Of a stretch of 64,000 bases of DNA, positions 52,518-64,000 are shown piece by piece. Source of the stretch: Felis catus (Eukaryota); contig NC_058368.1 in NCBI RefSeq assembly GCF_018350175.1, positions 227,542,001 to 227,606,000 of the forward strand, read 5' to 3'. Below the pieces are notes generated by a model, which was not told the DNA's origin, did no database searches, and saw only the letters and a program-made list of their open reading frames with translations. The position numbers were made by a program, and so were the translations under genes. Numbering within the stretch: position 1 is the stretch's first letter; the number at the start of each line of letters is the position of its first letter.

Positions 52518-52519
<2 letters not shown>

Positions 52520-53075
52520 GCACCCTTAATGTTTTTGAATGCTTTAAATCCTAACATTATTGACCCCTGTAACTGATCATTATCCCCCTTTTTCTCTTCT
52601 CCCTATTTAGAAAGCAAAGAGCCTGAGACCCCATGAAGACTCTTGGCATGTTCAGCCTTGAAACTGCCCAAGGCCTTCACAAGTTCATCAGGTGCCGGTT
52701 TCCCTTTGGAAAGTAAGTGAAGTGTGCAATGGGACCTGCTGACCTGCATCTCCTTCCTCTTGTATCTCAACGTCCTGCATCTCTTGCAGAACTCACTCAC
52801 CCTTCTGCAGACGGCAAGAATGGGAGAAGCTTAAAAACGTCCTTCTCCATTTGACCCTTGGTAGGCAAGCGAAAGTTTAGCTCAAGGCGTTTCACCCCAT
52901 GACACCAAACTGAACTTATTCTACTATTCTTTTTGTGGTAATCACCGATCCCAACAGAACACAAAAAGAACAAATAAAATGATATGAAAACCAATGTTTC
53001 AACAACAGGAAGAAAAAGCACACACAGCCTCCATAAATTTGTCACACTGCACATTTCTGAGCCTCACAGACGTAC

Positions 53076-53177
53076 CTTAAGGACGATTTTATTGTCTGAG
53101 GCTGGCGTCCTCCCCACCCACAGCGCAAACTTGCAAGGGTCTCCTTCCACGTGCTCTGTGACACCCAGCTCTGAGGT
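53076..53177 (-). CDS. TRIO: TRIO coding exon (~exon 31), PH1: TSELGVTEHVEGDPCKFALWVGRTPASDNKIVLK
   Basis: Hand translation: 102 nt, phase 0/0, acceptor ccag|ACC, donor AAG|gtacgt. Confidence 0.96.
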
Positions 53178-54989
53178 CTGGATACAAACGTAATTAAAAA
53201 GTTAGAGGACAGAAACAATTCCGGCAGGACACAGAACAAAGACCAAGAAAACGGTTTTGGGGGACTTGTGGTCACGTTAGGTTATAACACCACAGTCTGT
53301 TTCCATTGACAGGTAATCCTTGGATCTTTAGTTAAAACGAGGAAATTTTGTTCTCAGGCCACACGTGATTGGTCGCAGCCCTTTCACTTGCTCTGAGCAC
53401 CACTGCTGGGGATCCTGGTGTAGGTCAACCGGCACATACGGAGGATGGAAACCAAAATATCTAAAGATCGTGTTATCTGGAAAATCAGGAGCTGACTATT
53501 GGCAACCTGTAAACAACGAAATGAATCTGTCCTAGTTGCAGAGGAGCCTGCCATGCGTTTTCGGCATGAATGAAGTGGCTTCGCAGAAGGCGGAGATGTC
53601 TTCACGGTTATTTCCCAATTTGTTTGTCAAAAGCATTAACCTTTAGTGTTGCACCAACAAGTTTAAGGGCCAAGAGACAAAATGTCTCTCTGTGACACAT
53701 GCCGCTGTGCTGTGAGCACATGGAAGAGCGTAGGTGAAGGTCAGCATCTTCAGTCCCTCCCCCACAATCAAGTTCACCCCTGGTGCATTCTCCTCCCTCC
53801 AGCAAAGGAAGTGATTCATAACTGTGGCCTCGGAGGGAACCTTAACTTTTAAAAGATAAATTAAATGAAGATGTATCAGCTTCTAAAACAGACTAGCTTC
53901 GTCTCTGAGGACAGATTAAAGTCAGCATAGTGAAATTACTAGCCAGCAATGTTGCTGGTCTTCCTTCCAGTTAGAATATGATCTAAAATGATGTAAGGTG
54001 GGCTGTGAGCCAGAAGACAATCTCAAACAGGACATAAGCCAAGGAAAATGGTATGAAAATCATTAGTTTGAACTTGCAAATCCCAGATTATTATTAAGAC
54101 GATTTCTACATTGGTAGTATTTTATTACTTTGGGAACTTGATTAATCTATGGATGCCATAAAAATGTGTAATGTGGACACTGTTCAAGTATCTGCCGATA
54201 TTTGTAAGTGACCCACCACATCTTGTGTAAAGAAGACACCAAACTCTACTGCATTTTCTATTCTTTCTATGGTGGTGATTTTCAATTAGCTCTGCTCCAT
54301 CCTTTGTCCCATCCTCCGCCAACCTGGCCCTGCCCAGCAGTTCTGTGTCAACAGCCCCTGAGATAGTCCCACTGAGGGAACATGGAAATACGGCAGATCC
54401 AGTGGGTGATACGGCCTGAGACCATCCTTAGAGTCAATGTGTGGTTTACAGAGAGACTCCTTGGGCTTTGCTCCTTGTGAAAAAGAGGCATCAGGTATGT
54501 TCTTTTGCCAGAAAGCACACTCACAAGTTAAAAAAGAATTCAAATGTAACACAGTATTGACCCAGCACTCCAGGAAAGCTGTCTCACTACAGATGGGATT
54601 GTGGATCTTTAAAACTATTTTTGCTGATATACGTTTTCTTTAATAACCCTACTTTGCTATTGCAAAGAACCATAAATTTACTTAATTTTCACACACTTAG
54701 TATCTTTATGGGGGAAAAAAAAATCCCACCTCATCACAAAGAGCCTACAGCGAGCCCACCAGGAAGAATGCTTAAGTATATGCCAATGTTGGTGAATGAA
54801 AAATTAATTAGAATGATATGAGAACTTACTTAATCGAAGTCTCATATGATTAATTTATTTATGAAGCTAGTTACGGCACACAAGACATAAATTGAAATTC
54901 ACTAAAAAGGTGTTTTCTCGGCCTATGTTAAGAGTCTATGGCATTTAGAATAAAAACAGGTTTTCTAAGTTCAGCGAAGCTAAAACCAT

Positions 54990-55006
54990 GCGCTCCCTCT
55001 AGTGGA
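54990..55006 (-). promoter_or_regulatory. CTCF-like core motif (TCCACTAGAGGGAGCGC)
   Basis: Matches the recalled consensus CCASYAGRKGGCRS with one mismatch. Confidence 0.55.
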
Positions 55007-55184
55007 CTTGAGACTGCAGGAAAATTTCCCTGAGGAAGATGAAAACCTTACAATTTCAGAGTTCCACCTCGGAGCAGAGTTTGGAAGGTTAAACTGAAAG
55101 CAACAAGCAGTAATTTTTTTCTAGCTGCAAAAAGGTCACGAGTGTGTTACCTTAAAATTTACAATTCTGAACGTCCGTACTTAC

Positions 55185-55375
55185 AAACAATTTGCTTTTA
55201 TAAAGGTACTTGCTTCTCCCACTGGAATCTTTCACTTCTTTACTAAATACTAAAGACATTTCAAAAAGGAAGAGATGCCGTTCTCGACCCTTTCGAATTA
55301 AGGTTTTTGGGTCCCACACTTGGAAGGATTCCTGCAGGATGAGTTCTCCCTGAGACTCAATATTTTCGTCAAACC
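55185..55375 (-). CDS. TRIO: TRIO coding exon (~exon 30), PH1 N-terminal part: (G)FDENIESQGELILQESFQVWDPKTLIRKGRERHLFLFEMSLVFSKEVKDSSGRSKYLYKSKLF
   Basis: Inside ORF 55152..55403(-). 191 nt, phase 1/0, acceptor gcag|GG, donor TTT|gtaagt. Confidence 0.97.
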
Positions 55376-57119
55376 CTGCAACATAAAAGAAAGGGGAGCA
55401 CACTCAATTTGAAAGAAAAACAAAAAAGGATGCACAAGACAGCAATGTGACTATTTCAACATTTGTTCAGTGCCCATCAACTAAATCTCAGATTGGTTTC
55501 CCATCTGGGCCCCCGACTCCGGTTTCCCAGCACTGACCCCACCTGACAAAGTCTGACAAAGGAGAATTCTTCCTAAAACATGACTTTGCATATATTTGCT
55601 CTTGTTCAAAAAAATAAGGCAATTATTCTTCATGACTTTATTCTTTCAATTCGATCTTAGGGTGGCACTCACACCATTTGAGATTTGGTTGAACTCCCTA
55701 CTTCTCTTCAGCCTTTACTCACGGCATTCCATCATATGAACCTCCTCCCCTGTCCAGAATGGTCCCAGACCTTCCCCAGGCCGTCACTCACCCCCCTCCT
55801 GCGTCCTGATCCTCTGCCTCCTCAGCCTAGAACACCCTTCTTGGACGTTCTGCCACAGGCCGAGCCTTTCCCCAAGGCTCTGGTCTGGTCTTCCTTGGGG
55901 AGTTCTCCCCCTCTTTGAGGGCAGAATTCTTCATGTGTGTCACACTCTGGCCACAGGGGTGGGTTTCCCCCTGCTCCTCCCTTCGTGGAAGGGGCCTGCT
56001 GTGTGGACTTTCAACTCCCAGGGCTTGGCAAAGTGGTTTGATACCTGCGGCAGGGGCTGCTAGCCCTCTCTCAACTACTGGCCTCCCCTTCTCCTCCACA
56101 GACAGAAGCCCCGTGGCCGCTCAGATGAGCATGCTATCTCCCAGCCCCTCGGCAGCTAGGACAACTCAGGCCACTGGGAGGCCGCTGGGAGTCCTGTGTA
56201 CAACTTCTAGTTTTGGCCCTTCTAGCTGCTCTTTGCCCTCCCTCTTTCCTCACTTTCTCTCTGCTGGACAGAATGGTAACGTGGTCTTGACACATCCTGA
56301 ACCAAGCCAACCGAACAGCATTTAAGCAGGGGAGAGAGTGAGCGGAGCCTGAGTCCTCGATGGTGCCGTGAAGGGCTGGCACACCAGCTCAGGGGTTCAC
56401 ATCAGAGAAAGAAAAAGCCTCCTGGCCTCTGATTTTTGGGGCTCTGCTGCAAACAGCTGCACCCGTGCCCCAACTAGTTCCCTTGCTCGATACTAGCGAT
56501 GATGGAGACAAACAATAAAAAAGCATCTGGGGCAAGATTACTTCTCGTAAATAATTCTGCGTACACTGATAGTAAGATTTAAGCTCTGTAATGCAGAAAG
56601 AGCCTTTCTAAACACAAGCATCCATGGAAATCTCACTTGTAACGATAACTTTTATTTATCTGACTCTTCACCACGTTGTACACTATGTTACACGCCACCA
56701 CATTCAAAGCTCTCGTAAGTGATACAATGGATACAGATATGGGGAAACAACAAGTTTTTTGAAGGGTTTTTATCATCACAGGGGACTGATCTTGCCTCCC
56801 TCCTACCCATCCATCCACGCGGAGACCAGACTGCCTAAGGCAAGTGACACAAGGTGCTACTGGGGTTCCAAGTGCAGACAGGCTGTTCTCTAGTTAACGG
56901 TCAAGGACATGCTTTTAATGAGGTCGAAGTACTTTCCGTAATCCTTAAGGGAAGCAATGAAACCAATTCTTCTCAAAAAGAAGGTACTCACGTCTAAACT
57001 CTTAACTCCCACCCAAGCATAGAGGCGCAAAGCCAAGGCTTCCAGGGCATGGGAAATCCACTTAGACCAGTGTCAGGAGGAAGTGCACGGACACACTGGG
57101 GACATGCAGAGCCCATTAC

Positions 57120-57231
57120 CTTCCAGCATGCTGAGGTGCATGGCATCGTTGGCCCGCTTTGGCACACTAAGCATCACCTCGAGGCCGTCTTTTATCTCCC
57201 CTTTTCCTTCCTCACAGCAAGTGAGTAGCTC
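57120..57231 (-). CDS. TRIO: TRIO coding exon (~exon 29), DH1 C-terminal helix: [37 protein letters not shown](G)
   Basis: 112 nt, phase 0/1, acceptor acag|GAG, donor G|gtaatg. Contains the conserved DH 'ND' motif. Confidence 0.97.
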
Positions 57232-58889
57232 CTGTAAAAGACCAATACTGTCAACTAGCCAAACGCCGAAAGCTCTGCCAACAAGATCTTTGCAGCAAAG
57301 AGTATGAAAAATCCACGATTTTCAAGATAACAGCGGAATGTGGTCAACTGGGCACATATTCGCATAGAAAATGAATTACTGCCTCTTTACACAACGAATG
57401 GTGGGGTCTGTGCTGCTCAAATCAGGATGTTTCTTCAGATCAGAGCAAACCAGATGCAGTCACCGTTTAAGATGAAACCAGTGTACAGATCAACTACCAA
57501 GCCTCAAAAATGACAAACAGAAACACTCAATTAGTACAGTAAAGCATATCAGCTACTGGTTTTATCTGAAGGTCATGGCCGAGTCCAGCCAGGACTGCTA
57601 TGCCTCCCGAGGCAGCCCAGTGTGATCTGAACTCCTTGGTGCTGTTAGTGCCACGCCCCATCTACCCTGGAGCTCCCAGGCCGTGAGCGAGAACACGAGC
57701 GGCAGCTGTGTCGACGTTAAATGCTGTCCCTCTGTGTGCAGGACGTTTGGAAAAGCGTGAATGATCTAATCACACTTGCCCGAGTGTGATTACGTTTCAG
57801 ATCTACTTAGAGGAACATCTGCTGTTAAATGAATGCGAACAAGGACAATAAATCCACATTCTGGCAGGGTCCAAGACTCTTTCTTACCACAGTATGGTTA
57901 TAATCAGTCAGTAATAGTAATCACAGCTTTCCGTGTCCTAGTGGCCGACCAAAGGCACAGGGCACTGCACTCAGCTTTGGTCCCACAGTGGACAGTTTTA
58001 GAGCAACTTGCACCAGACAAGCATGTTTACTCATGACCAGATGTTTTTTGCCTATTATTCTAAGCAGATTGGCAAAAAAAAAAAAAAAAAAGTGCTTAAA
58101 AATGCTATATGGAGAAATTAACTTCACTGTCAAAAAACATTCACTGGGGACCTCAACAGAGCTTATAATTATTCTCCTTAAAACCCCCGGGAAGAATAAC
58201 GTGAGGCTTATAAATTAAAGCCCTATTTTAATAGTGATTAACTAGATGTGAGGTCACCGAGGAAGAGGTCTTTAGTGGAACCACATGCTAAAAACAAGAT
58301 TCTTAAATGCTGAGGACACCAAAAGGTAAACCGCCTTTGCACAAATAAAAAGCAGTGAGTTGATGTGAATGTGAACGACTTAACCTCCTGACTTCTAGTT
58401 CACGTTTGGGGCAACCTCCTACTTCTGCTGAGGGTCATACAAGCACTTCATAGGATTCTGATACAGAAATGCAGGAGTGCTTTCCCAATAGAAATATCCC
58501 ATATGATACCATTTTCACAAAAGAATACAGCCATTTCTGTGTCTAGAGTTTTCTCATCAGCAAAGAGTTTCAGGATCTCATTACTCCATCTCTGAACTTC
58601 TTTTATATCCAGGAAATTTACATACCACCTCCCTACTGCTGTGTGAGGCCAGCACTGGGGACATAGATGCGTAATATACTGTTAGCAAGAGGAGTGGACA
58701 GTCGGTACGTTCTGATGCTTAATAACATTCTCCAGCCAAGGATACAGCAGGATAAACATCATCAGGTAGAGGTTGTAAATTATTATTCTTATAGTGAAGA
58801 AAATGTGCACTGATTTTTATATAATGCATTCTGTGACAACCATCACAAATTCTAAGTTTCCTTTACTGTTCTACAATTAAGACTAGACA

Positions 58890-59115
58890 GGGGCACCTGG
58901 GTGGCACAGTCGGTTAAGCGTCCGACTTCAGCCAGGTCACGATCTCGCGGTCCGTGGGTTCGAGCCCCGTGTCAGGCTCTGGGCTGATGGCTCGGAGCCT
59001 GGAGCCTGTTTCCGATTGTGTGTCTCCCTCTCTCTCTGCCCCTCCCCCGTTCATGCTCTGTCTCTCTCTGTCCCAAAAATAAATAAAAAACGTTGAAAAA
59101 AAAAATTAAAAAAAA
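58890..59115 (+). mobile_element. Felid CAN-SINE, full length
   Basis: Perfect TSD aagactagaca at 58879 and 59116. Confidence 0.95.
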
Positions 59116-59147
59116 AAGACTAGACATTAAATTATAAATGTGGCTGG

Positions 59148-59285
59148 TTTTTTTTTTTTGAGGTATAATTGACATGCAACATTATGCTAGTTTTAAGAGC
59201 ACAACATAAGGATCTGATATTTGTATACACTGCTTAATGATCACAGGAAGTCTAGTTAATATCCGCCACCATACATAGTTACAGG
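59148..59285 (-). mobile_element. L1 extreme 3' end (antisense to + strand)
   Basis: Poly-T followed by gaggtataattgacatgcaacattatgctagttt, typical of the reverse complement of L1MA/carnivore L1 3' ends. Confidence 0.75.
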
Positions 59286-59822
59286 ATGACTTTAATTATC
59301 ATCATTTATAATCAAGAACAAGTAGAGGTCAGTTTGACTCAAATACTCGGGATTTGTGTGAACAACATGTTCTAGAAATATGTGTGTGCCATGTGACTAG
59401 ACGTAAGAGGGAGAAAGCTGCCTGAGGGTGAAATTACCTGGGCTTCAGCCCCATTTGGGTCTTGAGCTGAGCCCAGACAACAGGGATCCAGCGATGATTC
59501 CAGGCACAGCCCTCACCCTCACAGGCTCGTTTCTACACCTGCAGACCAGCAGTGTTATGAGGTATACCTAAAGTCTGCAAAGTACACAGCAAAGAGCGTG
59601 GTCCACAGCCAGCAAGCCACACGGGGACACAGATACCACGTTATCCAGGTTTGACAATCTCGCCTTCCTTCCTCAGTTTATGTTATGGACCAGACTCAGC
59701 AAAGCTCCAGTGCATAACAAGGAATATTCTCTCATTTACCTGCCATACTGAGAAACTGATCAGGGTAATAAATAGCAATGAATTAAAAAAATTAAATGCC
59801 TTGGTGTTATTTAAAAAATTCA

Positions 59823-59999
<177 letters not shown>

Positions 60000-60207
60000 C
60001 TAAATTAAGAAGAAAATAGAGAGAGATGAACGTTACTGTAATGTTAATTATAGCATTTGAATTAGCACTTTAGAACTAAAATTAGAACTAAAAATGCACT
60101 TTTTACCTCCAAAATGAATATACACATATCACTGTTGTTGTATAAAGAAAAACAGAAATCACTGTTCTTTTAATACGCTGAACATGAGAACGGGTGATCA
60201 CTTTGAA

Positions 60208-60221
60208 CCAGAAGGTGGCGC
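60208..60221 (+). promoter_or_regulatory. CTCF-like core motif (CCAGAAGGTGGCGC)
   Basis: Matches CCASYAGRKGGCRS with one mismatch, next to a GC/CpG-rich patch at ~60230-60540. Confidence 0.5.
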
Positions 60222-60929
60222 GTCCAATCTACATTGCTGGCTCTCCCGTGCAGATCTCAACTAGGCCAAGCCTACAACCTCTGCTCTGGGCTCGCGCTGG
60301 CCTCCAACTCCCCTGGGCCGGCCCGGGGCCACTCAGTCCAGACAGGAGCTAGGGATGGGGATGGGGACAGGGCGCACCCTCTCCCACCGCAGCTCCTAAG
60401 CGTTTGCCTTGGCGTCGCCTTGGCCAAGACCACGTCCCCGCCCCTGGCCTGACTCCCCTTCACTAACGAGTTCGCACACCATGGAGGATTCCCTCCACGC
60501 GCTCTCAGACTTTCCACGCCCACCAGCGGTGCTTGCGTCATCTTTTGGCTCTTAACACTCTTCTCAGAAAATCTTCAAAAAAACCCCAGCACCACCAAAA
60601 AAAAGGTTATCTCCTCACATTCTATGCTTCCAATGAGATTCAAACACCACTACGCTCTTGTGTTCTCAATCTGCTTGTCACTTCGATTAAGCTCATGGGG
60701 ACCCGTGCGTGCATTGTGCCAGGATTCCTGTGAGTCGCTGCCGATGGAATGCCGGCTGCAGGACAGCCACCAAGCGACTTGTCCCTCACATGCCACCCAG
60801 GTTCAAAACTTAGCAATTCTTCCTCTGCCTTCCTGATCACGAATGTAGTTTAAAACTTTCTCTTCAATTTGCAATTGTTCAAAAATGTGCAATTTATCAT
60901 TTAATGATTACGATACACACATTCATAAT

Positions 60930-61315
60930 TTCACACCTAAAACATTTTTCATACAGAATATAATGATCTCAAGTACAGGTCACTGAGTTCTGACAAATGT
61001 CAACACACTTGCAAACAATTCCCAAACCAAGGTGCAGAACATTTCCAACATCACAGGAAGTTCTTCAGGCCCCTTTCTAACAAATTCCCCCACCCACACC
61101 CCACCACCACCAAGAGGCAACCCCTATTCTGATTACTATTGCCAGATTAGTTTTGCATATTCTAGAATTTCACACAAAAGGAACCACACAGAATGTACTC
61201 CTTCATATCTAGCTTCTCTCAGCCCATGTTTTGGAGATTAATCTATGCTACTTATGTATCAAGAATTTATCCTTTTATACAGTTGAGAAGTATCCCATTT
61301 CGTGCATACCCAACA
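60930..61315 (-). mobile_element. Old L1 3' fragment (L1MC/MD-like)
   Basis: gagttctgacaaatg ... gtgcagaacatttccaacatcacaggaagtt ... tctagaatttcacacaaaaggaaccacacag. Confidence 0.7.
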
Positions 61316-61447
61316 TCTGAGAGATACTATAATGTCTTTTTAGTACCTTGTTTTAATAACATTCAGAAATACATGTCTGATATTTCTGAACACCAATCTA
61401 TTTTTGTTGACACCCTTAATACCTTATCATAGGATTATACTATTAAA

Positions 61448-62337
61448 AAATGACAAGAGAGGAATGAATACCCAATGGGTAAAAGATAGTCTATTCAACA
61501 AATGGCGCTGGGAAAACTGGACAGCAACATGCAAAAGAAAGAAATTGGACCACTTTCTAACATCACACACAAAAATAAATTCAAAATGGATTAAAGACCT
61601 AAATGTGAGACCTGAAACCATAAAAATCCTATAAGAGAGCACAAGCAATAATTTCTCGACATTGGATATAGTAACTTCTTTCTAGATATGTCTCCTGAGA
61701 CAAGGGAAATAAAAGCTAAAATAAGCCATTGGGACTACATCAAAATAAAAAGCTTCTGCACAGCAAAGGAAACAACCAACAAAACTAAAAGGCAACCTAC
61801 TTAATGGGAGAAGATATTTACAAATGACATATCCGATAAAGGGTTAATATGCAAAATATATAAAAACTGATATAATTCAACACCCAAAAACCAAATAATT
61901 CAATTAAAAAATGGGCAGAAGCTATGAATAAATATTACAAAGAAGACATACAGATGGCCAACAGACACTCGAAAGATGTTCAACATTGCTCATCATCAGG
62001 GAAATACAAATCAAAACCATAGTTATGACCTCACACCTGTCAGAATGACTAAAATAAAAAATACAAGATGCAACAGGTGTTGGAGAGGATGTGGAGGAAA
62101 AGAACTCTCCTGTGCTGCTGATGGGAATGCAAACTGGTACAGCCACTGTGGAGAGCAGAATGGAGGTTCTTCCAAAAGTTAAAAATAGATCTACTCTATG
62201 ATCTAGGAATCACACTACTGGGTATTTACCAAAAAAATACCAAGACACTGATTCAAAGGGATACATGCACCCCTATGTTTACAGCAGCATAATCTACAAA
62301 TTATGGAAGCAGCCAAGATGTGGTATGTATGTGTGTG

Positions 62338-62389
<52 letters not shown>

Positions 62390-62688
62390 AATATTACTCA
62401 GCCATAAAAAAGAATGAAATCTTGTCATCTGCAATAACACGGATGGAGCTGGAGAGTATAATGCTAAGTGAAAAAGACAAATATCATATGATTTTCACTC
62501 ATATGTGGAATTTAAGAAGCAAAACAAATGAACAAAGGAAAAGAGAGAGAGAAACCAAGAAACAGACTCTTAACTACAGAGAACAGATGATGGTTACCAG
62601 AATAGAGGGAGGTGGGGGGATGGGAGAGACGGGGAATGGGGATTAAAGAGTACACTATCATGATAAAAAAATTAAATTATTAAAAAGA
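61448..62688 (+). mobile_element. Carnivore L1, 5'-truncated: degenerate ORF2 C-terminus plus 3' UTR
   Basis: ORF 61404..61634 encodes [50 protein letters not shown] (L1 ORF2p). Downstream frames are broken by stops and frameshifts; (CA)n inside at ~62341-62387. Confidence 0.93.
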
Positions 62689-62698
62689 ATAAAGACAT

Positions 62699-62890
62699 AA
62701 AGTTACAGAGAGAGAGGGAAGCAAACCATAAGAGACTCTTAAGGACCGAGAAGAAACTGAGGGTGGATGGGGGGTAGGGGAGAGGGGAAAGTGGGTGATG
62801 TCATGGAGGAGGGCACTTGCTGGCATGAGCACTGGGTGTTGTATGGAAACGAATCTGACAATATATTATATTTAAAAAATAAATAAATAA
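62699..62890 (+). mobile_element. Second, younger L1 3' end inserted in the tail of the preceding L1
   Basis: Repeats the 3' UTR motif gcaaaccataagagactctt ... gagcactgggtgttgtatggaa with a (TAAA)n tail, flanked by aataaagaca on both sides. Confidence 0.8.
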
Positions 62891-64000
62891 ATAAAGACAA
62901 AAATGGCTACATGATCCGACTATTCTTCCAAAATACCTGACAAAGGTTTCATCCTGCTAAAACAATAGAGCTTCCTTTTTCTAAAAAGCTGTTAAGGGTA
63001 TTAACAAAAACTTCTGTGCTTCTAAAATTTTACTTTGAATGGTGGGGGGCAAAGAATTGGGGGTAAAGGGAGGATCTAGCTCACTGGTCAGTGGCATATC
63101 TAACACCATAATTTCTGCTTTGCCTTTGTATTAAGCTGTTTACATGCAATAACGTCCTTGCTGGGAAGGTGGGCACTTTGGGTTATCCACCACTCCATGC
63201 TAAGCACCTATGACCAGGCACATTGAGTTAAATGAGCCCCAAAAAGATGCGGGATCATGCTGGACAATGAATACTGAAGGCAAGTAATTTGTGAAATCCC
63301 CAAATCAGACAAGCGTAATTTCTTTAAAGGTGTTTTAAGGACAAAGGTTTTGTTGTTTTTTTTTTTTGTTGTTGTTGTTGTTGTTTTTTAATGGCTTTGA
63401 TTCCAAAGCCATTTGATGTGATTAAATGTGCCACATGCTCTCAGTGCTTAGGCCTTAAATTATTCTAACTCTGCACAGAACCATGGTGTTGAGTTTCACC
63501 TGATGGCAAAGACCCAGGGTCATGTGAAAAACAGAAAAAAAAAAAGGGGGGGGGGGGGCGGGCAGCACTGGGCTGGGAGCTGACTCTATATTTACAAAGG
63601 CAATGATGTATAATTGCTAGTCAGGAGAATGACAACTAAAACAAGGCCATCTACAGGGCTTCACCTCAAAGATACAAGCTAAAATTTATTCTCATTTCCC
63701 AGACTTCCAGAGAAGGGCAGAGTATCACACATGGCAGTGCCCCAGCGTAAAGACAGAAACAAAGCTAATGTTCTCACAGCCTTGTGAGAAATTATACATA
63801 ACATCAAAAAGTACTCCCATCTCTTAATCAAGATGTATTTGGCACACATTTAACTACATTCTGGAGACCCAAAAAGCATTCTGTAAATTATATCAATAAG
63901 GCTCTATCCTCTTTCGTACTAAATAACCTCCCTGCAATATCTTTCCAAAAAAGATGACCTACATCTACAACAATGGGAATATAATTAATAAGCCTCCCAA

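Noticed and set aside
57767..57792. Perfect 10-bp hairpin (another at 63390-63413)
   Set aside because: About one such short-loop stem is expected by chance in 64 kb; too short for a pre-miRNA.
2430..59345. Scattered AP-1 (TGACTCA) and CACGTG motifs
   Set aside because: By-eye counts could not be shown to exceed background without a proper model, and most are not clustered.
60000..64000. Expected upstream TRIO DH1 exon
   Set aside because: Searched by eye and not found; it probably lies beyond the window because L1 insertions lengthen this intron.

Overview
This is mammalian (carnivore, most likely cat-family) genomic DNA lying entirely inside the TRIO gene (triple functional domain Rho-GEF), which is transcribed on the minus strand. 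Eight TRIO coding exons can be read with canonical GT-AG boundaries and mutually consistent phases (93, 112, 191, 102, 143, 100, 244 and >=291 nt). They encode the C-terminal DH1 helices, PH1, a linker, SH3-1 and the start of the post-SH3 linker; by recalled human numbering these are about exons 28-35. The rest is intron containing tRNA-derived CAN-SINEs with target-site duplications (TSDs), old and young L1 pieces, MIR/L2 relics, an MLT1 solo LTR, a MER33 DNA transposon and microsatellites. The most notable signal is a CpG island in the middle of the ~35.6 kb intron after the SH3 exon. It carries a Kozak ATG, a 37-codon ORF and a phase-1 donor that would splice in frame into the next exon, i.e. 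an internal promoter/first exon for a GEF1-less, Duet-like TRIO isoform. Weaker candidates include a 78-nt symmetric cassette exon with a basic/Cys-Cys motif, a divergent pair of CTCF-like motifs, inverted SINE pairs and tail-only retrotransposition scars. Nearly all entries in the ORF track are spurious. No prokaryotic systems, CRISPR arrays or RNA genes were supportable. Repeat family names and human comparisons come from memory, not from database searches.
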